From Marispirochaeta sp. (GTDB lineage Bacteria > Spirochaetota > Spirochaetia > JC444 > Marispirochaetaceae), in assembly GCA_963676835.2 (NCBI GenBank), contig CAXXFF010000003.1, positions 608,001-672,000 on the forward strand: 64,000 nt of DNA, in the 5' to 3' direction. Under the pieces are notes generated by a model. It was not told the origin of the DNA. It searched no databases and saw nothing but the letters and a program-made list of their open reading frames with translations. Positions 1 to 9,573 of this stretch are shown here, in pieces (the stretch's first letter is position 1; each line of letters starts with the position of its first letter). Made by a program: the position numbers and the translations under genes.

Positions 1-1063
1 CCATACAGGCAGTTTCACAGTATTCCCGGGGATATTTCTTCTCTTTTATGGAAAGCAGGTAGGATCTGACCAGATCAACAGCTTTCTGCTGCTGCCGGCT
101 TCTCAGAAGCAGCAGCAGATCTTCCCTGGAGGAAAACGAAGGTAGATCTACCCAGCTCTGACGGCTTTCGTCGGTTGAAGAGTGAAGATGAATAATATTC
201 CGTCCCTCATGATAACAGCGCTCTGAAGCATTCAGAGCCTGACGGTAGGCTTCAGGAAGATCGGTAATTTCAGGGACCAAGGTGCTTATTCCGGCAATGG
301 TATCAACACCCCGGCCGTTGAGGGCTGCAATCAACGTCTTTGCCACCTCATAATAGCTCTTATCCTTTATTCTGCTGGTTTTTGCATCATCGTTGCTTAT
401 AAGAACAATCCTGCCGGCCTCATCAATGAGCAGTTCCATGTAGGGAACCTCTGGAAGATCCTCCGCAGGGACCGCTGAAGCAGCGGCAATAACCGTAACA
501 ACAAAGCCTCCCGGATCGAGGGGTATACGAAAGAGTTCCCAGCGGTCCTGTATTGCCTTTGGGCTTCCTCCATGCTTTCCATTCAGCAGGGTAAGCAGAA
601 ACCGGCTCTTAAGACTGCTGGTATCCGGCTGGGGGGTTACCTGGTTCTGAATGGAAAGAAGCCGGTGCCTTTCATCCAGCAGGATGGTATCCTTTGCTTC
701 AATTACGGTTTCCCGGAACTCCTCGGGATTAATGGGCTTGAGATTATAGGCCAGCACACCCGCATGTAAAGCTGCCCTGGCATAATGAAAGTCTTCATAC
801 CCGGTTAAAATGATTATTTTTATCTGTGGATATTTGAGGCGGACCTTTTTGGCAAGTTCAACCCCGTTTATAAAGGGAATATTAATATCAACGATCATAA
901 GAAGGGGCCGGAGATTCTCCACCATATTCAGGGCGGTTTCCCCATCCTCGGCTTCTCCGACTATTTCGAAACCGAGATCCTCCCAGTCGATGGAATTTCG
1001 TACAAGGCTCCGAATAAGGTACTCATCATCAACAATAAGTACCGGAATACGCATTTTTGCCAT
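1..1063 (-). CDS. Two-component response regulator, YesN-like (receiver domain; 3' end outside window)
   Basis: Not in ORF track. Manual translation from ATG at 1063 gives MAKMRIPVLIVDDEYLIRSLVRNSIDWEDLGFEIVGEAEDGE, a typical YesN-type receiver start; begins 1 nt after the kinase stop. Confidence 0.9.
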   Translation of the reverse strand, partial: MAKMRIPVLIVDDEYLIRSLVRNSIDWEDLGFEIVGEAEDGETALNMVENLRPLLMIVDINIPFINGVELAKKVRLKYPQIKIIILTGYEDFHYARAALHAGVLAYNLKPINPEEFRETVIEAKDTILLDERHRLLSIQNQVTPQPDTSSLKSRFLLTLLNGKHGGSPKAIQDRWELFRIPLDPGGFVVTVIAAASAVPAEDLPEVPYMELLIDEAGRIVLISNDDAKTSRIKDKSYYEVAKTLIAALNGRGVDTIAGISTLVPEITDLPEAYRQALNASERCYHEGRNIIHLHSSTDESRQSWVDLPSFSSREDLLLLLRSRQQQKAVDLVRSYLLSIKEKKYPREYCETACM

Positions 1064-1064
1064 A

Positions 1065-2870
1065 TCAATGAATCTCCGAAATAAACGGCAGACGAACAAT
1101 AACCTTGGCAAAATGCCCCGGCCGGCTGCGGAAACTGAGACCGTACTCCTCACCGAAAAAGAGTTTTATCCGCTGATCTACACTGGTCATGCCGAAGCCC
1201 CGGTCATCTTCATCGGGAGCCCTGGCGCTGACAAGCATTCTGATTCTCTGCTCGTCAAAGCCCTGACCGTTATCCACCACCTGAAGAGAGACTATATCAT
1301 CAATGAGCCTGCCGGTAACCCATATCCTGCCTTTTCTGCGAACACTTTTAAGTCCATGATAGATTGAATTTTCAACCAGCGGCTGAAGAGAGAGTTTGAT
1401 TATTTTCTGATCAAGAATCTTTTCCTCAACATCAAGAATAAAATCAAACTTGTCCTGATAGCGGATCTCCTGGATAGCCATGTAGTTCTTCAGAGTGCTG
1501 ATCTCTTCCCCAATGGTTACCACCGGTCTTCCTTCGCTCAATACTCCCCGGTAGAACATGGAGAGAGATTTACCAAGGCGATAGCTGTCTTCGTTTCTAC
1601 CCAGCTGAGAAAGAGCACAGAGACTTTCCAGTGAATTATACAAAAAATGGGGGTTTATCTGGGACTGAAGCGCAAGAAGTTCCAGCTCCCGCTGCCGCTT
1701 CTGTTCGTGGTAAACCTGATCCACCAGTCCGGCGATTCTCTGAACCATATTGTTGAAACTGCCCGCCAGCAGTCCGATTTCATCGTTTCCGCTTACCCTG
1801 GCCCTAATCTGCAGATCTCCCTGAGCCGCATCGGACATGGAATCCGAAAGCGATTTTATAGGTTTTGAAATAGCCTGGGACATCCAGAAGGAAAACAACA
1901 GCTCGAATATAATTGAGACCAGCCCTATAAGATATATGGAATAGGTCATTCGCCTGCTGTAATCCATCAGTTCATTCAGAGGTACCATTCCGATAATAAG
2001 CCAGCCCAGCCTTTCCAGGTGATTGGAAATAACAACAAACTGCTCCCGGCCGAAGGTCGTTATCTTACCCTCGGAGTTGATATCCGACAGCCAGTCAACA
2101 TAGCGGTTTCTGAGGAACTGATTATAGAGTCCGTAGTCGTTGGTTTCGGGAAACACCAGCATCCTCTGCCGGTTGACCACAATAAAACGGCCGGTTTTCC
2201 CATAATCCAGATGACTGTAGAGGCGGGAGAAAATACTCTCGTTCATTTTCATCTCAAGAATGCCGACGTTCTCACCCACATTTCCCCGCTGTACAATTCT
2301 GAATAACGTGGGGCCCGAATCTTCCGGATATTCCAGGGTATACGGAAGGGTTCCCGGGTCGGTCCAGACCTTTCGCCCTTTGGAGTCGGAAACCATATTG
2401 ATAAATTCCGGAGCCAGCTGTTTATGCTGAATCTCCTGCCGGTGACTGAGAAAGCCTGCGCCGGCCATAGTCCCGTCAAGACGATAAACACTTATACTGT
2501 CGATATATCCGCGGAGATACATAATCTTGTCCAGTACAGAATTGACAAGAAAATACTGATCCAGCCCCTCCATCTGATCCGGTTCAATCTGCCGGGTAAG
2601 CACTGCCTGAACAACAGGGTCGGACGCAACCCGTTCCGCTCCGGTTTCGATATCGTTCAGTGCGCTGTCAAGACTCTGCATGATAATATCGAGGCTCTGC
2701 TGGGTGTTACTTACAATCCGCTTGAGCATAAGCTCCGAGGCAACATGGTTGGCGATATATCCGGACAAAAGAATAAGCAGGGAGATAATAATAATATTAG
2801 GAAAGTAGATCTTCTTGAGGATGGACAGATTGGCATAAAAGGTTTTTATACGAACCAGTGGATTAGACAC
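1065..2870 (-). CDS. Sensor histidine kinase, YesM/LytS-like (Cache, HAMP, His_kinase)
   Basis: Two TM segments, HAMP (DEIGLLAGSFNNM), QINPHFLYNSL H-box, LQPLVENS N-box, DNGQG. Confidence 0.92.
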   Translation of the reverse strand: MSNPLVRIKTFYANLSILKKIYFPNIIIISLLILLSGYIANHVASELMLKRIVSNTQQSLDIIMQSLDSALNDIETGAERVASDPVVQAVLTRQIEPDQMEGLDQYFLVNSVLDKIMYLRGYIDSISVYRLDGTMAGAGFLSHRQEIQHKQLAPEFINMVSDSKGRKVWTDPGTLPYTLEYPEDSGPTLFRIVQRGNVGENVGILEMKMNESIFSRLYSHLDYGKTGRFIVVNRQRMLVFPETNDYGLYNQFLRNRYVDWLSDINSEGKITTFGREQFVVISNHLERLGWLIIGMVPLNELMDYSRRMTYSIYLIGLVSIIFELLFSFWMSQAISKPIKSLSDSMSDAAQGDLQIRARVSGNDEIGLLAGSFNNMVQRIAGLVDQVYHEQKRQRELELLALQSQINPHFLYNSLESLCALSQLGRNEDSYRLGKSLSMFYRGVLSEGRPVVTIGEEISTLKNYMAIQEIRYQDKFDFILDVEEKILDQKIIKLSLQPLVENSIYHGLKSVRRKGRIWVTGRLIDDIVSLQVVDNGQGFDEQRIRMLVSARAPDEDDRGFGMTSVDQRIKLFFGEEYGLSFRSRPGHFAKVIVRLPFISEIH

Positions 2871-2872
2871 GG

Positions 2873-3952
2873 TCAGCGGATCTCCTTGAGCAGACTGTAG
2901 GGCAGATCTGAATCAACAAAGATTATGTCGGATAATTCCGGTTTCGCATAGCTTACTGCATCTTCTCCGGTTAACAGCTGGGGGTCAAGCTTCATCCAGG
3001 AATCAAGCTTTTCTCCCCGTACAAGCCGTACTGCACTGCGGAGGACTGTCATTCCCTGCCATGTGGGAGTTGAAATTGCTGCAAAATCAAAATCGGGATA
3101 CTGGTCTTTATATTTCAGGTAGAGTTTGAACAGGCCGTTGTAGTCATCTCCTGTCACCGGCACCAGAGGGTGCCCCGCATCCAGGAGTGCTTTAAGGGCA
3201 CCTGCTGCGACCTGCCCGCCGTCGGCCCAGATGCCGTCGATATGCTTGTGATCTTTCAGCAGCCCGGACATTATTTCGTAAGCCCGATCCTCCTGCCAGT
3301 AGGCATCCCGATAAGCAAGAATCCTGATTGAACTGGAATCAATAACCTCAAGGGCTCCTTTCATAGCCATTGCAGTACCGGGATTTCCGGGGATACCCCC
3401 AAGCATCACAATGCTGCCGGAACCGCCTATCTTATTCTGCAGCCAGGAAGCCCATTTTCTGCCCCGTTCCCGTTCGTCCGGCCCGATATATACATCGTAA
3501 CTGTCTGAATCTTCCAGAGGCAGATTACAGTGAAGAACCTTTATACCAAGTTTCCTGGCTTTTTTAAGAGAAGGAGTAACCGCGATTGAAGAATTGGGAA
3601 TCAGGATAATGGCATCAACTTTAAGTGCGATAAAAGACTCAATATCCTGAATCTGTTTATTTATATCTCCCCGGCCGTCCCGGACAAGAAGTTCAAGATC
3701 AGAATGACGCAGGGCTTCCTGACGCATGGATGCCATCAGTTCCGCCCGCCAGGAGTTGTCAGTAAATCCATTACTGAAACCGACAACCACCGTCTCTTCC
3801 ACAGCTTCCGGGCGAACCTTCTGAGCCGCCACCTGAACCCTTCCGGGAACACAGGCGGTTATACCTGCAACAAACGCTGCAAGAAGAAGATAATTGAGTA
3901 TTGCTGAAAATGTATGCTTATTGAGTAAAAGCAACCGCCGGGCTATATCCAC
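2873..3952 (-). CDS. Sugar-binding periplasmic (lipo)protein, RbsB-like, co-transcribed with the kinase
   Basis: GFSNGFTDNSWR, Peripla_BP-type layout, possible lipobox ITAC; 2 nt from the kinase start. Confidence 0.85.
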   Translation of the reverse strand: MDIARRLLLLNKHTFSAILNYLLLAAFVAGITACVPGRVQVAAQKVRPEAVEETVVVGFSNGFTDNSWRAELMASMRQEALRHSDLELLVRDGRGDINKQIQDIESFIALKVDAIILIPNSSIAVTPSLKKARKLGIKVLHCNLPLEDSDSYDVYIGPDERERGRKWASWLQNKIGGSGSIVMLGGIPGNPGTAMAMKGALEVIDSSSIRILAYRDAYWQEDRAYEIMSGLLKDHKHIDGIWADGGQVAAGALKALLDAGHPLVPVTGDDYNGLFKLYLKYKDQYPDFDFAAISTPTWQGMTVLRSAVRLVRGEKLDSWMKLDPQLLTGEDAVSYAKPELSDIIFVDSDLPYSLLKEIR

Positions 3953-3957
3953 GGGGC

Positions 3958-3987
3958 ATTATACCGGCGGTTACTGCAGTCTGTCAA
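3958..3987 (-). promoter_or_regulatory. Sigma70-type promoter, probably leaderless
   Basis: TTGACA-N18-TATAAT, then 5 nt to GTG at 3952; no SD. Confidence 0.7.
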
Positions 3988-4013
3988 AATTTACCGGTTC
4001 TATAGAACAGGTA

Positions 4014-4829
4014 TCAGTTCATTTCATAACCGCCGTCTACGTTCAGAGTCTGACCGGTTATAAAATCAGCATCTTCTGAACAGAGGAAACTCACCGCTCC
4101 GCCGATATCATCGGTTGTACCGATCCTTGCAAGGGGTATTTTTGTAATCATCTCGGCAGTTGCCTCTTCTACGGAAATTCCAAGGGACTCCGCCTTGCCT
4201 TTAATACTGGCATCCCACATGGGGGTAGAAACTACACTGGGAGAAATCGCATTTACATTAATACCGTAGGGTGCAAAAGCCATGGCACTGGACTGGGTAA
4301 TACTGATAATTGCCGCCTTGGATGCAGCGTAATGTATCTGGAAGGATCGTCCCCTGCGGCCTGCAATAGAGGAAAAGTTAACAATTTTGCCTCCGCAGAC
4401 AGGGCGCTTGCCTTCCGGCAGACTCTGAACCTGGTCTACCATCTGCTGACCGACAATCTGGCAGGCAAAGGCAGTTCCCTTCTGGTTGATTGCTATAATT
4501 CTGTCCCAGTCCTTCTCTTCCACCTCAAGGAATTCCCGACTCTGGACAATGCCCGCAGCATTTACCATAAAGTCGATCCGGCCGAAGCTGTCCAGGGTAA
4601 ACTTTACAACCTTGCGGATGTCATCTGTCTTTGAGATATCCGCTGCAATACTGACTGCGTCAGTGCCTTTTGCTTTACACTCATCCACAGCCGCTTTAAG
4701 CTGTTCTTCGCTTATATCGGACAGAACCATTTTTGCTCCATCCGCAGCCAGACGGAGGGCAACACCTTTACCTATTCCGGAAGCCGATCCGAAAACAAGG
4801 GCAATCTTATCTTTATGACGCTTTTCCAT
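4014..4829 (-). CDS. SDR-family NAD-dependent oxidoreductase (polyol/sorbitol dehydrogenase-like)
   Basis: GSASGIG, NAAG, YAASK catalytic motif, GQTLNVDGG. Confidence 0.88.
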   Translation of the reverse strand: MEKRHKDKIALVFGSASGIGKGVALRLAADGAKMVLSDISEEQLKAAVDECKAKGTDAVSIAADISKTDDIRKVVKFTLDSFGRIDFMVNAAGIVQSREFLEVEEKDWDRIIAINQKGTAFACQIVGQQMVDQVQSLPEGKRPVCGGKIVNFSSIAGRRGRSFQIHYAASKAAIISITQSSAMAFAPYGINVNAISPSVVSTPMWDASIKGKAESLGISVEEATAEMITKIPLARIGTTDDIGGAVSFLCSEDADFITGQTLNVDGGYEMN

Positions 4830-4880
4830 TTAACTCTCCAGTTATTCGATTCTCAAGTATTCAAGCACACCGAACCTTTC

Positions 4881-4897
4881 GGTCCAATTATTATACC
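4881..4897. promoter_or_regulatory. Operator copy 1 (GGTCCAATTATTATACC)
   Basis: Degenerate match to a palindrome found 5 times; lies just downstream of TTGCCT-N17-TATAAT on the minus strand. Confidence 0.65.
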
Positions 4898-4966
4898 TAT
4901 TATATCCTCACTCCCGATCTAAGGCAACAAGAAGAATATTGCAGATACAGCGAAAATAGAGCCATC

Positions 4967-4994
4967 AAAAAAAATGCGCCGCAAAAACGGCGCA
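4967..4994 (-). terminator. Rho-independent terminator after dhaL
   Basis: Stem TGCGCCG/CGGCGCA followed by U8 on the minus strand. Confidence 0.75.
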
Positions 4995-5023
4995 CTCACT
5001 TAGATTTTTACATAACCTGAAAA

Positions 5024-5644
5024 TCATCTGAAGACTTCGGCAAAGCCCTGTATAAGATAGAGCCCGGCGGTTGCCCCGGGGTCCTGGTGCCCCAGTGACT
5101 GTTCCAAATAGTAGGCTGCACGGCCATGGGTGGCCTGCATCTCTTTTGTTGATTCCAGCCCGGCCTCTGCAGCAGTAAGAGCCGCCCTTAAAGCTGAAGC
5201 GAGATCTGAATGACTTTCGGCAAGCGCATCAGCGACCGGCCCGATAACATCAATGATGGTTTTCTCTCCCCTGTCGGATTTACCCCGCTCTTTAAGTCCC
5301 TCTTCGAAGGCCTGAAAGAAATCAGCCAGACTGCCTGCTGAAATCTCCTCCACTCCCTTAAGGGCCTTACCTCCCCGCATAAAACCTGTGGCCATGAGGG
5401 TGCCCATTGTACTGGGAGCCGCATTGTTCATGGCCATGCCGGCTTTAGCAAGAAACTTACCGATATCTGTCTCCCCCTCAGCCGGTTCAAGAGCGGCTGC
5501 TGCGGTGAAGGCACGGGCCATGGTAAGTCCCAGGTCTCCGTCTCCCATTCTGGCATCAAGCTCTATTAACAGATCACGGCCCTCTTCCATTTTCTTTTCC
5601 AGGCTGCGAAAAAGAAGTTTTATGCTGCTGATATCATAAGCCAT
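5024..5644 (-). CDS. dhaL: Dihydroxyacetone kinase family, L (nucleotide-binding) subunit
   Basis: GDGDLG, GEKTIID, HGRAAY, DPGA motifs. Confidence 0.92.
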   Translation of the reverse strand: MAYDISSIKLLFRSLEKKMEEGRDLLIELDARMGDGDLGLTMARAFTAAAALEPAEGETDIGKFLAKAGMAMNNAAPSTMGTLMATGFMRGGKALKGVEEISAGSLADFFQAFEEGLKERGKSDRGEKTIIDVIGPVADALAESHSDLASALRAALTAAEAGLESTKEMQATHGRAAYYLEQSLGHQDPGATAGLYLIQGFAEVFR

Positions 5645-5653
5645 GACGATCTC

Positions 5654-6661
5654 CTAAAACTGTATCTGCGTAAAGAAGGGTGTATCCGCGGGTTTTGCCA
5701 GCAGACGCTTCAGTTCATCATCCAGTTTTATCACGGAAATAGAGAAGCCGGTCATTTCCATGGAAGTGGCAAACTCACCAAGGTAGGCACGAAAAACAGT
5801 TATACCTTTTTCTTTAAGAATCTGATTCACTCTGCGGTAGATAATATACTGCTCCTCTTTCGGCGTCGAACCAAGACCATTAATGAGAACTGAAACTTCA
5901 TCTCCGGTCGCTGCTTCCAGGTCGGGGAGAATCTGGTCCATCATTTCATTTACCACATTATCCGCAGTTTCCAGGGGTCCTTTTCGTATCCCAGGCTCTC
6001 CATGGATACCCATGCCTATTTCCATTTCGCCATCGGCAATGGTAAAGGAGGGTTTTCCCACTTCGGGGATAATAACCGGAGAGAGGGCAACACCCATGGT
6101 TCTGACTGATGCACCGGCTTTTTCTGCTATCCGTTTAACTTCAGTTAGTTCTGCCCCCTCATCTGCCATGGCACCGGCACATTTGTAGACATAAAAAATA
6201 CCCGCAACACCGCGGCGTTTTCCAGCATTGTCTTTGGATGCGCTGGCAACATCATCGGCAGCGATATAGGTTTCGACCTTGATATCCTCAAAATCCGCCA
6301 TTTCGGCAGCCATATCGAAGTTCATGATATCTCCACCGTAGTTACCGTAGATATACAAAACACCTTTACCGCTGTCTATGCTTTTTGTTATCTCAAACAT
6401 CTGCTGGGCACTGGGACTCTGAAAAACACCTCCCACGGCACAGCCGTCCAGAAGACCTGCCCCGACATAGCCCAGGAAAAGGGGCAAATGACCGGAACCG
6501 CCGCCCGTGGCAAGTGCAACCTTTCCTTTGACCGGCGCATCTGCCCGAATAATAGCCCGGGGCTCACCTTCCAAACCTTTAAGGCGGTCCGGGTGGGCTG
6601 AGAGGATTCCTTCCACCATTTCATCAACAAAATCTTCGGGCTTATTTAAGAATTTTTTCAT
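5654..6661 (-). CDS. dhaK: Dihydroxyacetone kinase family, K (substrate-binding) subunit
   Basis: GGGSGHLP, NYGGD, GMGIHGEPG motifs. Confidence 0.93.
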   Translation of the reverse strand: MKKFLNKPEDFVDEMVEGILSAHPDRLKGLEGEPRAIIRADAPVKGKVALATGGGSGHLPLFLGYVGAGLLDGCAVGGVFQSPSAQQMFEITKSIDSGKGVLYIYGNYGGDIMNFDMAAEMADFEDIKVETYIAADDVASASKDNAGKRRGVAGIFYVYKCAGAMADEGAELTEVKRIAEKAGASVRTMGVALSPVIIPEVGKPSFTIADGEMEIGMGIHGEPGIRKGPLETADNVVNEMMDQILPDLEAATGDEVSVLINGLGSTPKEEQYIIYRRVNQILKEKGITVFRAYLGEFATSMEMTGFSISVIKLDDELKRLLAKPADTPFFTQIQF

Positions 6662-6673
6662 TGCTACGCTCCC

Positions 6674-7645
6674 CTATTTAGATCCGCCCACAGGGTGCAG
6701 ATTGCCCCGGCCTTCTATCACGGAGATAACATTATCCATGGACATGTTCGCCATGTTAAAGGTTGCCTCAAGAGTTCCTGCACCGATGTGGGGGGTAACA
6801 ATAAAGCGGTCGTCATTCAGCAGTTTCGAAGCCGTGGGCGGTTCGAATTCAAAAACATCTACCGCCGCCCGGGCTACTATGCCGTCACAAACCGCCTGAT
6901 AAAGATCCTCTTCAGCAACTACACCGCCCCGGGCAATATTCACCAGGAACAGGCCTTTTTTGGCTGTGGACAGAAGTTTTTTATCCACCAGGTGGTTGGT
7001 CTCAGCTGTCAACGGTAGATGAACAGAGATAAAATCCGATTGGGCAAAGATCTCTTCAAGGGAAGCAAATTCAACACCCAGGGAAGCAGCCGCTGCCTTG
7101 TCCTGAAACAGATCATAGGCAAGGGTTTTTGTTCCAAAGGGTTTCAGGTAGGAGGCAACTTTTTTTCCGATATTGCCGAAACCTAAAATTCCCACAGTTT
7201 TCCCGGCGAGCTCGCTGCCCACATAGACACCGAACTTTTTGTTCCGCAGATCGTTGCAAAGATTCTGGACATTGCGGGCCAGATTCAGCATAAGCCCCAT
7301 GGTAACTTCCGCAACAGCATTGCTGTTTGACCCAGGACAGTTTGAAACTGAAATCCCCCGCTCAATGGCGGCTGGAATGTCAATATTATCCGTGCCTACT
7401 CCGAATTTGGAAATTGCTTTCAGCTGGGGAGCTGCATCCATTACAGCAGGACTGACCTTCTCAAGCCCCACAATAAAGCCGGCCACATCGTCAACCGCCT
7501 TTATTACTTCAGATTCATCAAGAGGCTCCCAGCTGTATATGGGTTTCATTTCGTACCCTGCCTCCGACAAGGTACGATCCATGTGATCATGTACAAGCTC
7601 TTCAATACTGGGCTGCACAGTTACAAGTATCTTTTTTCTACTCAT
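6674..7645 (-). CDS. D-isomer-specific 2-hydroxyacid dehydrogenase (phosphoglycerate dehydrogenase-like, no ACT domain)
   Basis: GVGTDNID, GFGNIG, NIARG, DVFEFEP, TPHIG; start moved to ATG 7645 after SD GAGG. Confidence 0.88.
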   Translation of the reverse strand: MSRKKILVTVQPSIEELVHDHMDRTLSEAGYEMKPIYSWEPLDESEVIKAVDDVAGFIVGLEKVSPAVMDAAPQLKAISKFGVGTDNIDIPAAIERGISVSNCPGSNSNAVAEVTMGLMLNLARNVQNLCNDLRNKKFGVYVGSELAGKTVGILGFGNIGKKVASYLKPFGTKTLAYDLFQDKAAAASLGVEFASLEEIFAQSDFISVHLPLTAETNHLVDKKLLSTAKKGLFLVNIARGGVVAEEDLYQAVCDGIVARAAVDVFEFEPPTASKLLNDDRFIVTPHIGAGTLEATFNMANMSMDNVISVIEGRGNLHPVGGSK

Positions 7646-7655
7646 TTTATTTTCC

Positions 7656-8939
7656 TCAGGCAAAACCAAGCAGTCGTGGTACAAACAGTACCAGGTCGGG
7701 AATAAAGGTAATCAGCATCAGTGCCGCAATTTCCATCAGAATAAACGGCGCTATAGCCCTGGAGATCTTCATCATGCTGACCCCGGCTATAGGACAGGCA
7801 ACAAAGAGACATACTCCAAGAGGCGGGGTAGCCAGACCGATATTCAGGTTTACCAGCATAATAAGAGCAAAATGAACCGGATGGATTCCAAGACGAATAG
7901 CCAGGGGCATAAGGATCGGTCCAAGCAGAATGGCATTGGCCCCGGTTTCCATAATCATACCCATGAAAAGTAGCAGAACATTTACCAGCAGCAGAAACTG
8001 CACTCTGCCGAGGTTTGCACCAACCAGGGCTTTTGCAAGAGCCTGGGGTATCCGTTCTATGGAAAGAGTCCAGCTTAAAACACTGGCAAATCCTACAATC
8101 AGAATAAGAATTGAAGTAGTGGTTGCACTTTTCAGAAGGCATGCAGGGATATCACTCAGTTTAAGAGTCTTGAAAATAAAGAACCCCACAAACAGGGCGT
8201 AGCAGGTTGCGACCGCTGCAGCTTCGGTGGGAGTAAACACTCCGCTTAAAATTCCGCCGATAATAATAACCGGCATAAGCAGTGCCAGAATTGCATCCTT
8301 GGTTCCCCGCACCAGCTCCATGGCTCCCACTTTTTCCTTGCGGTAGGGGTGGTTTCGCTTAACACCAATTATGTAGGCCATAATCATAAGTGCGATTCCC
8401 ACAAGGAGTCCCGGAATAAATCCGGCTGCAAAAAGGGCACCGATGGATATTCCCATAATCGAACCGAATACAACCATAATAATGCTGGGGGGAATAATAG
8501 GCCCGATAACCGAAGAGGCTGCCGTAACGGCTGCGCTGTAGTCGGGTTCGAAACCATCCTCAACCATGGCGGGAATTAAGATTGATCCGATGGCGGAGGT
8601 ATCGGAAACTCCCGCTCCGGTAAGGCCTGCAAAGAGAATACTGGCGCCGATATTTGCCTGAGCAAGACCTCCCCTCAAGCGTCCCACCACAAGGCCTGCA
8701 AACTTTACCAGTCTGGTGGTTATTCCGGTTTTGTTCATCAGCTCACCGGCCAGGATAAAAAACGGAATAGAAAGAAGAACGAATACATCAACGGAGCTGT
8801 AAAAACGCTGGGCAATTACTGTAAAGGGAACCTTGTCCCATACAATAAGAAAGGTTGTGGCACTGATACCCAGGGCAAAAGCAATGGGAACGCCGACAAG
8901 AAGAGTAACAAGAAAGGGTATAAAAATCCATGCTGACAT
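7656..8939 (-). CDS. dctM: TRAP transporter large permease
   Basis: IPFFILAGELM, IIPPS, FTPTEAA, TPPLG motifs; polytopic. Confidence 0.95.
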   Translation of the reverse strand: MSAWIFIPFLVTLLVGVPIAFALGISATTFLIVWDKVPFTVIAQRFYSSVDVFVLLSIPFFILAGELMNKTGITTRLVKFAGLVVGRLRGGLAQANIGASILFAGLTGAGVSDTSAIGSILIPAMVEDGFEPDYSAAVTAASSVIGPIIPPSIIMVVFGSIMGISIGALFAAGFIPGLLVGIALMIMAYIIGVKRNHPYRKEKVGAMELVRGTKDAILALLMPVIIIGGILSGVFTPTEAAAVATCYALFVGFFIFKTLKLSDIPACLLKSATTTSILILIVGFASVLSWTLSIERIPQALAKALVGANLGRVQFLLLVNVLLLFMGMIMETGANAILLGPILMPLAIRLGIHPVHFALIMLVNLNIGLATPPLGVCLFVACPIAGVSMMKISRAIAPFILMEIAALMLITFIPDLVLFVPRLLGFA

Positions 8940-9448
8940 CAGGCTGCCTCCTTGCCGGTTGTAGAGAACAGATCCTGTATTTCCGCTAACAGCAGATAAA
9001 TTACATGGATCACTATCAGTATTGAACCGATGGGCAGGGCCATCTTCGGAAAATACATGGTTATTTCAATAGTTGTAGCCTTTACCTTCTGTGCCGCTTC
9101 TGCAGCAAGAAAACTGTATTTGGCAAAAAAGAACAGAAACCATATCAGGGTGCCTTTTATCAAAATAGATAAAATCTGGCTTAATTTTTTCGGCAGAATA
9201 GTAATCAGAAAATCGACTCCCACATGGAGCCCCTGTTTGGCAGCAATCCCTGCACCAAGCATGCCGATCCAGATCAGCAGCATACGGGAAAGCTCCTCAG
9301 ACCAGGGCACCGAAGCCCGGGCAGCTCTCAGGGTTACCTGGACCATAACAACTACCAGCATAACTGCAACCAGCACCATGCATATGTAGCCTACAAACTT
9401 TTCCAGGATATCGCTTATACGTTTAAGAACATCAACTAGTTTCCCCAC
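8939..9448 (-). CDS. dctQ: TRAP transporter small permease
   Basis: WSEEL and HVGVD motifs, 4 TM, between dctP and dctM. Confidence 0.93.
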   Translation of the reverse strand: MGKLVDVLKRISDILEKFVGYICMVLVAVMLVVVMVQVTLRAARASVPWSEELSRMLLIWIGMLGAGIAAKQGLHVGVDFLITILPKKLSQILSILIKGTLIWFLFFFAKYSFLAAEAAQKVKATTIEITMYFPKMALPIGSILIVIHVIYLLLAEIQDLFSTTGKEAA

Positions 9449-9573
9449 TTCAAGAACCTCCTCTCAAGGAATAATCATATGAGGTTTCCGCCTGTTCCGG
9501 GTGGTGGACGGACAGAACAAAACCCGCCCCCGGTTTAACAGGGACGGGCCGTAATTACTTTTACATGGATAAA

